A stretch of DNA of 64,000 nt, from contig JAIELX010000059.1 in assembly GCA_019752635.1 (NCBI GenBank), positions 63,191-127,190 on the forward strand, read 5' to 3'. Each line of letters starts with the position of its first letter. Within the stretch, counting starts at the first letter, position 1. Shown piece by piece: positions 15,401 to 22,794 of the stretch. Below the pieces are notes generated by a model, which worked only from the letters and a program-made list of their open reading frames with translations, did not search any database and was not told the origin of the DNA. Position numbers and translations under genes: made by a program. This DNA is from Candidatus Obscuribacterales bacterium. GTDB taxonomy: Bacteria; Cyanobacteriota; Vampirovibrionia; Obscuribacterales; Obscuribacteraceae.

Positions 15401-17005
15401 TCGCAATCCTCTGATGCCACCATCAAACAGGACGCAGCCGAAAAGATCTATAACTTTGCTATTACTTCGCTTGAAACCGCGAACGGTCCGCGCGACTCTG
15501 GACCTGATAGCGCCTACGACAGAGGCCTTAAGGACGAAGTTTACAACAGAGCGCTGCGTAACGATGCTTTCAAATTGCTCGAGACACTGCCTCCGGTAAA
15601 ATCTGATACAAGTACCGATTTAGCAGCGATGCGACTAAATCTAGAGACCGCTTTGTCCCGGGCTACAGGACAGAAGCGCGAGGCTCTCGCGGGAAAGAGT
15701 CCTGACGAACTCATCAAGATGACTAGCGACTATGCCAAACAGAAGAACGAATCAGGTACGCCGGCAGAAAAGGCGATTGCGCGAGAGTTAACTCGGCGCT
15801 TGCATCTATATGGTGAAGCTAATACGTTGCTGGCGACCCAGAGGCTAAAGTCCGGTGATAAGGCTGCTGCGGATACTTTGTACACTACTGCCCTTACCGC
15901 GTTTGGTCTCGACAAAACTTCCGTGGAGCAGCTCACGGAGTTTGTCAAAGTTGACGGGCATAAGACTGTCAATTTCACTTCCCGCTCGCAGATTCGGGAG
16001 ATGCACGATAAGTTGATTGCGCAGGTTCAGGAAACTGGTTCTTTCCCGGCTTTGCTCAACGCTCTCAACGGTCAGGCAAGGTTGAACGCAAGCAATCTGT
16101 CGGACAAGGGCTTGCCGGCGCCGGAAGTGTTTAAGAGTTTGGATCGTTCGATTGCATTACTCGGTACAGCAAACCTTGTTTCCAGCCGTTATCATCCGCC
16201 CGATTCCGTGAGCCGCGCAGAACTCGCCATGACCATTGGCGATGTGTACAAGCAGATAGGGGCTCCGTCGTCTCGCGTCGGATTGGCCGATAGATGGAAT
16301 AGCTATGCTGCGAACTTTTACGACCACGCTGCGAAGAATCTTCAAGCTGTTCGTACTGCAGAACTTCGACCGCCAGCCACCACCACTTCTGTCGACGAGC
16401 CATTATTGAAAGCCCATAAAGCCAATGTGTTGGCTTTGGTTGAAAAATATCACTTCCAGGGACAGTACGACAAAAGTAAGGATCGCGAAAAAGTCCTGGG
16501 GTGGTCGCTAGGAGACGTGCAAAAGGCGCTCGATGCGCACCCCGACAAGAATTCTCCCGACTATCACTTCTTGCGGTTCACAAAATCGCGGTTCGAGGCG
16601 CTCCATGCTACCGGTGAGCAAAAGGAAGCAGCAAAGAAGGCGACAGTTGATGCTTTGCAAGATCACCTCACAAGTACCCGCAAGGCTTACGGCTCAAGTT
16701 CGCAAGAATACAGTCACGCATTGAGTCGAGTATGGCTTTACTACGAGGATATGAAAGAGCCCGAAAAAGCGGTGGCTTTCTTCGAAAAAAGTCTGGCGGA
16801 TGCCACACAGCCGAATCAAAGAGCCGAGCGGCTTGCGTTGCTGGGGCAATACTATACGTTCATGAACCAGACACCAAGATTGGATACAAAGCAATCAAAC
16901 AATCCGGAGTATACGGCGCAGTATTCTGCGCGAAAGGCAAAGCAAACAGAAAAAGCCGCAGCCATTGCTGCTGAGTATCGCGCTCTAGTTCCGCCGAAAA
17001 AGTAG
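9479..17005 (+). CDS. giant (2508 aa) HEAT-repeat protein with a central hydrophobic segment cluster and TPR-like C-terminus
   Basis: Uninterrupted 7.5-kb ORF with AGGAG upstream of the ATG. There are many D-x-x-VR-x-x-AA-x-AL type HEAT-like motifs (DPNVRRIAALALLSL, DKDVRNTLTLALAMM, SPLVRLAAAEAFVAL, DPAVRAALEKYF, DQRVRMAAMMALSQS). Gly/Ala-rich hydrophobic helices sit at aa about 690-810 (nt about 11546-11908). Confidence 0.85.
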   Translation: MAGLDTTEKTEEKKEDVTSSPEALFRQVDRLLKDDTVAGIEKGAPAKFFDAEGKPVDNLVGRKEPVISISVDENGDARVAIFPNGQAARDRKVPELLVIVSRTKDADVSKETRKFVEPSRGGEDKPTATVVTEINKKENTATITAITGEDQQTVKFKNGLPLTIDQKNSAGGLHCEIGPDGKITKLEINGKEPDATKLQGIIDALQQTANLVAVENGFPKPPRMSYKDAATLTERPAGGDRVPDKVIDVLKDLTPEQRLAVERTQELQGQILLLVDKMKFNSDDERKQFIQSLKNELGVRVGPNSYSTLPTFGDATKEGFKKLIELHQKAALPGMLLELEKMQLPLVPGCPLEVRNDTPGVVRSTERFYQDVQQGKGELNIDPNKLEDLDKLRRVNDWLESASNLLENERFNRLEKYLSQKVEDGITGGKYPEGWRRPKDMDVKTWCVAVDKAIVNYEHATKMIEMIDHLQKSGKGFKSDALKESELPPGLTIERDKDGKITKVKFDERLMISDLSLQSDNNRKKLDVLDAYCAKFEAETRGAMLELLKDQQEIPGYGEAEVKGGWISPDGKEFVVGNKDCPHEGWQKFNLISYNMKVETDKNTGKIKVSTECSFEDVPWFGYLNSFADTKHVHRSKSPKEYDPDAWVAVQTRPIMDEKSKQLIPGVQFVKARDLDDFVKKQALEHYGNKAIMFTMDAAMAISGGLHVAAALKVAQLGAKEAVVIGAKALKTEAVTDIPKLLVARALAKGSFEIGLGVTGIFHNAGAHEIPWMSTTSDLRSAWFLGHAGYSVAQLLRLQRAAGAVLEATSPAVAGRLHTAIDTIRGTESTMKAMAQAQAGAMHKLPAGFEGAEKVAQAAFYVSDKAFLSMFSWDMIRMGQRLRESPDQINKSFRAFRELNANDSSALEKFAASSAVSSDHVGAYLGRYRDTLVSPTANFDPEKLVSAFVKESRQPISDQDRKNLVEQYKNAFFSKPSPEAVQQMDQIIARMSELSKPGSSPEARQKYAVELMQYLRYSGSQISDKQGGRSEELAPQDLLKLSGADHKALDPNVRRIAALALLSLTRKPDGSWDETVAKRTVDIPPYNLVTYDSEGNAHTQEVKGKQSHQKVSAKELIELLQGDLRAETNDSVRLEKALAMHDVGLISNERLADMLMKRIDGTTEQDKGKRLEAIVDLAALMSKVKLAESVNNLLGSPDDKHDRNGLTIGLTHADLTKRVEDLAASTQDKDVRNTLTLALAMMKKDSFDQVDKQRMETAFLKKPPGISEAELTKMLRDDLNSSPTDTAGWERKLIAAELLSRQAVREGKLDLDAARALKECVNASKQPAIALRATQAFLEPINGVRLLDRLEKEEPKAWRTPVLGTATNLLLSIDVHKATTPAEKLAAAKTKEALIPLLTKGVLDSKDNALISNLNAVLQVVSRREKEGVQEIRAAAIKGMAALNIRDDDTIKAVTAHLKAEAEPSPLVRLAAAEAFVALTPVAKTRMDVLGPLAATEKDPAVRAALEKYFRAAGDINDAGSQKSEQAVSDKVTDQNKKEIKRDEQLAWIRSFAPRLVQNENLTHYFDSSKETVKRPYAGTTPSFDTAWRDATALSTDSRWSAPDAEGMRQSGREELIRLELIAQNKAFNAYKAGIDDLAQKARAGSTTLVDKTFFAGQEVTESEAAILALGWLSSAPPQLGKELQGHRTPNPKTDPKESGPYIYPDYTPEQKRTRERFLRDEYGRGLVHFDRSGNPGDQLQERAATKLAELATMSEKNINVKLVADQLLAGLKSDASTSDKSRLILIGGLEKILANPNVSDAEKRDIVKRLSVIVADTKEAKEDKQKSLVAMTTLLDRHLKVFEKFTKESSDARVGLQARAHLDSVNTPPDARMAAQQAYDSQWQSVVSEYSRLRAGSESPRDRANLLPKDLAPLEIANKKEGHDERVHEAVQKIILATKGEPLKAGDPRLQKIMELTDEKYDQRVRMAAMMALSQSSDATIKQDAAEKIYNFAITSLETANGPRDSGPDSAYDRGLKDEVYNRALRNDAFKLLETLPPVKSDTSTDLAAMRLNLETALSRATGQKREALAGKSPDELIKMTSDYAKQKNESGTPAEKAIARELTRRLHLYGEANTLLATQRLKSGDKAAADTLYTTALTAFGLDKTSVEQLTEFVKVDGHKTVNFTSRSQIREMHDKLIAQVQETGSFPALLNALNGQARLNASNLSDKGLPAPEVFKSLDRSIALLGTANLVSSRYHPPDSVSRAELAMTIGDVYKQIGAPSSRVGLADRWNSYAANFYDHAAKNLQAVRTAELRPPATTTSVDEPLLKAHKANVLALVEKYHFQGQYDKSKDREKVLGWSLGDVQKALDAHPDKNSPDYHFLRFTKSRFEALHATGEQKEAAKKATVDALQDHLTSTRKAYGSSSQEYSHALSRVWLYYEDMKEPEKAVAFFEKSLADATQPNQRAERLALLGQYYTFMNQTPRLDTKQSNNPEYTAQYSARKAKQTEKAAAIAAEYRALVPPKK

Positions 17006-17066
17006 TTGAGTGCACTAGGATCAATCTCTTTCTTTGCAGCGAATCCGGCCAGCTTCTCTTGAACAA

Positions 17067-17960
17067 CTACGATGCCGGATCGAGCTGCAACCCGGCGTCT
17101 TGAAGTCCTGTGCGCAAAGTGCTCATGATGCTATTTCTGGTGCCGCCCACGACTTTGTCGGCACCGGCACGATGAAGCGAGTCCTCCAATTCCCGACGTT
17201 CAGGCAGTAAGATTCTCTGTGCGCAGAGCTCCGTCGGCAGTTGCGCGAGCCAGTCCTTCTCTTGCGTTCTCTTCGGGAAGCGGTCCTCGGGCTCGCTGTT
17301 GAGAGTGGACAAAGTTGATTGCACCAACTCAAAGGCATCAAGAACGTCAGCCTCCGTAATTTCGTTCGCGAAGCCGATGGTCGCGATGTTGAAGTCCGTT
17401 GCGTTCTCATGGCTCGCTCGTATCTCCGCTGCGGCGTCAGCGATCATGAATAGTCTTTGATGACCGAGCTTTCGACAGACAAAGTCGAAGTGGTCTCGAC
17501 CCTTGTTGAAATTTGGTCTACGCCCCAGGATCTCAGTTAAGTAGCCGCGAACTTCCATGCCCTGACGACTCGCGATCCAGGCGTCGAGGACCTCTTGCTC
17601 AACGGCCGATGTAATGAAATTGCTATGTCCTGCTTTGCAGATATCCGCAAGGAGTTGTGATGCTCCCGGAAAGAAGTTGCATTGTTCACCGGCTCTGATG
17701 GCAAGCAAATTGTAGAGCGCTGTAGCGTCCTCTACGTCAGATACCTTTCCGCTTCGTTCCTCGTTCCAAAGTTTGAGCTTGTCCGCGCAAGAAATCCCGG
17801 ACTTCTCAAATGCGAAGTTAATCAGATCTTCGAATTGAATCTCGTCACGTTGAAGCATCCTTCCGGCATACCAGACGGTCGCGGCGAAAGCCACCGCATT
17901 GAGGTGCATCCGATGAACAAGCACTCCATCTCGAATCCACAGTACTGCGTTTTTTGTCAT
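17067..17960 (-). CDS. hypothetical protein, weakly HAD-hydrolase-like (tentative)
   Basis: 297-aa ORF. HAD-like pattern: VLWIRDGVLV, FITSA, NKGRDHF, FMIADAAAE. The nucleophile Asp of the DxDG(T/V) motif seems to be absent. Confidence 0.4.
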   Translation of the reverse strand: MTKNAVLWIRDGVLVHRMHLNAVAFAATVWYAGRMLQRDEIQFEDLINFAFEKSGISCADKLKLWNEERSGKVSDVEDATALYNLLAIRAGEQCNFFPGASQLLADICKAGHSNFITSAVEQEVLDAWIASRQGMEVRGYLTEILGRRPNFNKGRDHFDFVCRKLGHQRLFMIADAAAEIRASHENATDFNIATIGFANEITEADVLDAFELVQSTLSTLNSEPEDRFPKRTQEKDWLAQLPTELCAQRILLPERRELEDSLHRAGADKVVGGTRNSIMSTLRTGLQDAGLQLDPAS

Positions 17961-18062
17961 TGCGCCTCGAGTATGAGAAGTTTTTGGTTCAAGTGGAACC
18001 TCTCGGGGTTTTCTCGTCGGTCGGGTTACTGATTTTTTTTGTCCCGAAAATTCAGGGCTTTG

Positions 18063-19670
18063 TCAACGACGATAAACATCGTCCGGATCGACTCGCCACA
18101 TTTTGCCGTCAGCCGACCTAACGTAGTTCATTGGTTTGGAGTCCTTCACTTCCCAGCCTGCCGCCCGCATCGCGGCGTCAAAGCATTTCACCTCCGAATA
18201 CGTTATTCCTCTTGGATCAGCGTACTCGAAAAATTCAATTTGTTTGGTTCCAGGTTTTTCGACTTTGAAGGGGGTTCGAAGGAAAGGACAATCAGGTCTT
18301 GGTTGTGCGGGGCCAATAACAACGATTTGCTTATCGGGAGTTAGCCATGCCTGGCGTCGAACGCCGACTCCGATTGGTACAGACCCGGTCGGTATGGCGC
18401 TGTCTAGTGCTGCAATCTCGGTTGGTTGCCATTTCGTCCAGGGCTCAGCGTAACAACCTAGTGACGATTCTATGGTCACGGGAGTTGTTTTTCCGCAACG
18501 TACGAACATACTGATGCTCGCTGCTGTTTCCGACGGAGTCGGCTTGAGATCAAACAAGAGAAAGTACTCGCTTCCTACTCTATCTTCTCCCATTGATCGA
18601 TAGTTCAACTTTGCTTCGGCGCCTGCAACAGATGGCGTGTTGACAATGGCCGAGCCGTCGCTTAGGAGTTTAATGCTGCCGCCGCCGCGAACGGAGACGA
18701 CTTCTGCCGTCACTTCGGCTGAGGGGGCTCGCAATTGGGGCTCCGCGGGGCTAGCCGCTTCAACTGTCGGCGCCGCAAGCCACTTTTCGACAGCAGCTGA
18801 AGGTGGTGCTTTGTCTGCCGAACCTCCTTTGTTCTCTCCCGTGGCTTGTGCTTGTGCGATCTTCTCCGGACCTAGCTTCGTTGCAGCCTCGGTCTTTGAT
18901 CCAAGCCTGTGTGAAAGGTCCGATTCGGCCGGCGTGGCAACGAAGCGCTTGCCTAGAGTCATCGTAGCGCCCAGCACTGCGAAATTGTAGACTGACTGCC
19001 CTACTTGCTTGAGTGATGCTCGTTGCCCGGTGTAGAGACGAGATGTTAGTTCTGCGTTGATTATGCCCGCTGGAATGCCTGCTAACATGGTGCTGCCAAT
19101 TTCGCTGCGTACTAGATTTGCCGCTAGCCCTTGGTGCGTCCGCATTACCGATTTGATGCCGATGGAGGTGCCGGTCAACGCACCGAATGTAATACCGCCG
19201 ATCAGAGCGTTCTTTGCTCTTGCTCCAAAAAAATTATTCTGCATCTGTTCTTCGGTCAAGGGGCGAAATAGCCCGTCGAACAGCATTCCTGTCGCCACAG
19301 ATTCTTGGATTGTTCTCTTTGTCAGGCAGGCGACTGGAGCGTTTTTCTCGAGCGTACCGCGCAGCTGATTGCCGCCGACTCCGACTATCTTATGGAGAAG
19401 CAGAAACGGTATCGCCATCCCTGCCATTGTTCCAAGTTGTTGAGCATGCCAACGCCCGTTGGACTGTGCCTCGGTCGGCGCAGACATAAATTGGACAGTC
19501 TTTTGTAGATCCGTATCCAATGTCTTGTCGATGACTTGCGCTGCGCCGAGCAAAGGTGCTTGTAACCCGCCCCATACCGCTGAGCGGGCAAATTCTTCCG
19601 CCAGGGTTTGGCTGTGGGAATCCAGGAGATTCGACGGTGCGGTGGTTAGGCTGATCTTTTCCGGATGCAT
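18063..19670 (-). CDS. hypothetical protein with Gly/Ala-rich hydrophobic N-terminal half and globular C-terminal domain
   Basis: 535-aa ORF with an in-frame TAG 6 codons upstream of the ATG. Hydrophobic helices include ALIGGITFGALTGTSIGI and GSTMLAGIPAGIINA, followed by an Ala/Pro-rich linker. No family recognised. Confidence 0.65.
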   Translation of the reverse strand: MHPEKISLTTAPSNLLDSHSQTLAEEFARSAVWGGLQAPLLGAAQVIDKTLDTDLQKTVQFMSAPTEAQSNGRWHAQQLGTMAGMAIPFLLLHKIVGVGGNQLRGTLEKNAPVACLTKRTIQESVATGMLFDGLFRPLTEEQMQNNFFGARAKNALIGGITFGALTGTSIGIKSVMRTHQGLAANLVRSEIGSTMLAGIPAGIINAELTSRLYTGQRASLKQVGQSVYNFAVLGATMTLGKRFVATPAESDLSHRLGSKTEAATKLGPEKIAQAQATGENKGGSADKAPPSAAVEKWLAAPTVEAASPAEPQLRAPSAEVTAEVVSVRGGGSIKLLSDGSAIVNTPSVAGAEAKLNYRSMGEDRVGSEYFLLFDLKPTPSETAASISMFVRCGKTTPVTIESSLGCYAEPWTKWQPTEIAALDSAIPTGSVPIGVGVRRQAWLTPDKQIVVIGPAQPRPDCPFLRTPFKVEKPGTKQIEFFEYADPRGITYSEVKCFDAAMRAAGWEVKDSKPMNYVRSADGKMWRVDPDDVYRR

Positions 19671-19948
19671 GGGCGTGTGTGGGCGCTACGCGGACCATCG
19701 TACGGGGATGAGGGACCGATGTCATTGGTGGTTGTCCCATCGCCGTGGGATGGTTGCGTCGCGAAAATTTCCGGGGGCGTCCGCTCTGCCGGGCTCCGTC
19801 GAGCCAAATCTCCGCGGCCGCCAATTCCGGACCTTCCGCTTTGCCGGGGCGGCGCATCAGAACTTTCGGCGCTGGGACTCCGGGGCCTCATTCGCGATTT
19901 AACCGCGTTACAACGGTCAGCTGCGGGTACTACAGTTGAAGGTTTGTA

Positions 19949-20020
19949 TGGGTCATCCGTGATTCGAACACGGAACCAATTGCTTAAGAGGCAACTGCTC
20001 TACCGTTGAGCTAATGACCC
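19949..20020 (-). tRNA. tRNA-Lys (anticodon CTT)
   Basis: The reverse complement GGGTCAT-TA-GCTC-AACGGTA-GAGC-A-GTTGC-CTCTTAA-GCAAT-TGGTT-CCGTG-TTCGAAT-CACGG-ATGACCC-A folds into a full cloverleaf. The anticodon loop is CT-CTT-AA. CCA is not encoded. Confidence 0.93.
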
Positions 20021-20039
20021 GTTGGGACTCTATTATAAC

Positions 20040-20112
20040 CACGCCCGGCTGGATTCGAACCAGCGACCCTCCGCTTAGAAGGCGGATGCTCTATCCACTG
20101 AGCTACGGGCGC
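20040..20112 (-). tRNA. tRNA-Arg (anticodon TCT)
   Basis: The reverse complement GCGCCCG-TA-GCTC-AGTGGATA-GAGC-A-TCCGC-CTTCTAA-GCGGA-GGGTC-GCTGG-TTCGAAT-CCAGC-CGGGCGT-G folds into a full cloverleaf. The anticodon loop is CT-TCT-AA. CCA is not encoded. Confidence 0.93.
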
Positions 20113-20218
20113 CCGTATTTCAGACGGTATATTCTATCGTTTTTCCGCCGATCGTCATCCGAGTTATTGCCAGAACTTGGCCGGAAGATGGAAAATAATC
20201 CCCGGAGGGACGCACACA

Positions 20219-21106
20219 ATGCCCGAACAGCTTAGCGAAGATGACTTTACAGAGCGTTTCACGGACAAAATCCGTGATTACCATTTGGCTCCAGCCTGGA
20301 ACGAGCCGTTGGTTTTGCACCTTCATTACGGTTCCGATGAGCCGGTTCTGACAATTTCGCTTCGCGCTGCGTACGAGTCATATAAGGAAGATCCGCTTCG
20401 TCTTGACGAAGTGATGGAACCCTTCGTGCGAGACCTCGGGTGGACGGTTCAGTCGCCCAGGCTTCCCTCTAAAGAAATTTATGAGCAAACGTTACCGGTG
20501 CTCCGCAACTTCATTGCCGAGCCGCCTACGGCAAGTGAGGTAGATGCTGGCCCTTCAGGACACAAAGGACCGATTGTCTTTGAAGATTTGCTGCGTAGCC
20601 AGAGCGAGTATGTAGTGATTCAATTCGAGTTGCCACGAGAGGGAGAGACTGTGCCTCTGCGTCGCGGGGATATTATTCCGTGCAGTCCGGATTCCAAGAT
20701 CATCAACAAGCTTGCGTTGAACAACCTCGCTCTCATGGTTCAGAAGCACGGCTTGACTGCCACGCCGCTCAAGTTTGAGAGTCTGTCGCTTCGAGCATTT
20801 ATGATTGGCTTGGGCGGAGATCCCCTTCCGGAGCAGGTTCCGGCGATGATCTGCGTGCCTGAGATAATGAGATCACTTGACGAGTCGCTGCAGGGAAATG
20901 GTGGATTGATTGCGATTCTGCCGGCGAAGGATCAGCTGATAGTTAGCATTGATACTGAGGATACGGCCGTTTGCGAGCTGGGCGTCTTGGCGCAGCAACT
21001 GAAGGAGCGCGCTCCTAACAAACTGAGTTCGTATGTCTGGAGTTTCAAAGATGGTGTGCTAAGCGGAGTGCAGGCCATCGAGCTCGAAGAAGAAAATTTG
21101 AATTAG
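20219..21106 (+). CDS. hypothetical protein
   Basis: The ORF spans 20177-21106. I prefer ATG 20219, which has GGAGGGA 8 nt upstream. No domain recognised. Confidence 0.65.
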   Translation: MPEQLSEDDFTERFTDKIRDYHLAPAWNEPLVLHLHYGSDEPVLTISLRAAYESYKEDPLRLDEVMEPFVRDLGWTVQSPRLPSKEIYEQTLPVLRNFIAEPPTASEVDAGPSGHKGPIVFEDLLRSQSEYVVIQFELPREGETVPLRRGDIIPCSPDSKIINKLALNNLALMVQKHGLTATPLKFESLSLRAFMIGLGGDPLPEQVPAMICVPEIMRSLDESLQGNGGLIAILPAKDQLIVSIDTEDTAVCELGVLAQQLKERAPNKLSSYVWSFKDGVLSGVQAIELEEENLN

Positions 21107-21421
21107 GTTAGACCGCCATTAGCACATCGGCGCTAGCGCTTTGCTAGTCCGGGCTGAAACGCACCGACCTGCAGACTGCTATGATGGCAAGCGCTGTAAG
21201 CTAAGGCGTCTCTTGTATATAGATCAAAGAACTTGCGCTTGTTCGCGACTGCAATTGGCTGCAAGGGGCCAAATCTGTATCAACCTTAATCAAGATACTG
21301 GCGTTGAATCTTAATAATTCGAAAACTGAACTAATAGGGTTCTTAACCGGTCCTTAAACTCTTGGATCAAAGATCGTTTCATCTGGCTTTCTATCACTAC
21401 TTTTTCGGTTGAAAATAGATT

Positions 21422-21559
21422 ATGGCGCTCGTCATATCCCTCACACTCTGCTTCATCTTAATATTGGCAATACTGGGTGTCATGATGCCTGACGCCGTGC
21501 TGCCAACGCTCAAGCGGCTTTGGGAGAAACAGACTTTCTACTGGAAGCAAGGTGATTAG
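21422..21559 (+). CDS. possible small hydrophobic peptide (45 aa)
   Basis: ATG..TAG ORF below the track cutoff: MALVISLTLCFILILAILGVMMPDAVLPTLKRLWEKQTFYWKQGD. It has one predicted TM helix and sits after an AT-rich intergenic stretch. Confidence 0.3.
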   Translation: MALVISLTLCFILILAILGVMMPDAVLPTLKRLWEKQTFYWKQGD

Positions 21560-21630
21560 GACTTAATTTGCCGGAAGTCAAGCGCGCGTGGAGAATAACT
21601 CCGTAGTTCGGTATTCTTGGCGGATGAGTT

Positions 21631-21813
21631 ATGGCTGCAGGCGTAGGACTGTTTTTCATAGATTTTATTGCGCGTCCTTTCGCGAAAATTTTTGAAAAAA
21701 TGCCGATGTTGATGTTCCTAATTCTTGTCGTGTTCTACGGCATCATCGCGTATATCCTCTTCAAGTCTGCTTGGAATAAGCAAGAGATCGAACAGGAAGG
21801 TCGCCCGTATTGA
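21631..21813 (+). CDS. possible small membrane protein (60 aa)
   Basis: ATG ORF with two hydrophobic segments (GVGLFFIDFI, MLMFLILVVFYGIIAYILF). Confidence 0.4.
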   Translation: MAAGVGLFFIDFIARPFAKIFEKMPMLMFLILVVFYGIIAYILFKSAWNKQEIEQEGRPY

Positions 21814-22060
21814 GGTGCTTGGAACGGCTCTGCGCTGTCGAGGCGGAGTTTCTTTAAGCGACGTGCTGTTACATGGAATCTTTCTTGAAGCTGCTGTGAA
21901 CGCCGTGCACCGTGCGCTCTGTTATTGTGCTCTGCCGAGCGTTAGGCGAAGCTGCGCAAGCCCCGAGGGGCGGCTGCAATCGCTTGACGTTCAGATGTGG
22001 CGGCCGCTTCGGCTGGAGAGACTCGTTGTCGACACCGGATTTGTTGCCATCTCTGCGATG

Positions 22061-22561
22061 CTAGTGATGTCCCGAGGCACTTGGCTCTACTTCTTTTACA
22101 GACAGTAAGCGTAACTGAAGTCGCTCTGAGTAGAGGTCTACGAGTCCAAGATATTGTTCAATGAAATTACGGGTCGTGTGCGGTTGCACTGTACCTTCGA
22201 ACGTGTAGGTCCCCTTGTCCAGTGGCTTTCCATTGATATCGAAGGTTTGATACTCCATTGTGATCTCGTGGATGGGTACGTTGTTGTAGTTGGTTACTTT
22301 TACCCATGCTACCGGCGAGTTTATAACCCAGAGCCCTGAAATATGCCAATCAATCAGCTCCAGCCGCGTGTTTGCAGATGCCACATGACTTTCTTGCCGA
22401 AAGCCGGCAATGGCAAATTGCATTGAAATGCACAAGAGTACAACGACTGAAGCAGCTGCAACATAGTAGAGCCCTCGGCCATTTCGACGCGAACTCTGAT
22501 TCCTCAATATCGACTCGTTCGCCAATAACGACTTGCAGCTTCGCTCGAGCTGAGTAATCAT
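22061..22561 (-). CDS. hypothetical membrane-anchored protein
   Basis: 166-aa ORF with a single N-terminal TM helix (LYYVAAASVVVLLCISMQFAIAGF) and a beta-rich remainder. No family recognised. Confidence 0.55.
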   Translation of the reverse strand: MITQLERSCKSLLANESILRNQSSRRNGRGLYYVAAASVVVLLCISMQFAIAGFRQESHVASANTRLELIDWHISGLWVINSPVAWVKVTNYNNVPIHEITMEYQTFDINGKPLDKGTYTFEGTVQPHTTRNFIEQYLGLVDLYSERLQLRLLSVKEVEPSASGHH

Positions 22562-22580
22562 TGTTAGATCCTCTTACGGC

Positions 22581-22688
22581 TTAAACCATCGGGCCGAACC
22601 AGCCCATGTTTGCCCCAATTCCAAGTACGACGAGAAGCGCAAATATCACGAAGAGCGCAAAGAACCCAAATTCGCCATCAGCCAACAT
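22581..22688 (-). CDS. possible tiny hydrophobic peptide (35 aa)
   Basis: ATG..TAA ORF MLADGEFGFFALFVIFALLVVLGIGANMGWFGPMV, ending 19 nt upstream of the start of 22061-22561 on the same strand. Confidence 0.3.
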   Translation of the reverse strand: MLADGEFGFFALFVIFALLVVLGIGANMGWFGPMV

Positions 22689-22794
22689 GAGCTTTTACCT
22701 TAAACTCCGAGATGAGTGCCGTAGGTCTTGTGAACCCGCCTCCTAACATCCTATAACATCTGCCGAAATACTCAATATATGTGTGCTGTTTGTT

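Noticed and set aside
19816-19845. On the minus strand, AGGTCCGGAA matches 10 nt of the conserved SRP (4.5S) RNA domain IV around the GGAA tetraloop.
   Set aside because: The 3' side that should follow (GGAAGCAGCC-like, pairing back onto GGUCC) is absent; the sequence continues TTGGCGGCCG. I also could not build the long terminal helix from the flanks. It is probably a chance match in GC-rich sequence.
19390-20009. Many overlapping 60-155-aa ORFs on both strands (19390-19857, 19459-19902, 19646-19891, 19665-20009 and others).
   Set aside because: They overlap one another, the 5' end of 18063-19670 and the two tRNA genes. Their products are Arg/Pro/Gly-rich, typical of GC-rich non-coding or out-of-frame sequence. 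None has a convincing RBS.
19949-21110. The tRNA pair as a possible integration site for a genomic island (the FHA/kinase locus lies 3-18 kb to one side).
   Set aside because: No integrase-like ORF flanks the tRNAs, and I did not spot a direct repeat of either tRNA 3' end elsewhere in the window. This cannot be excluded without a systematic repeat search.
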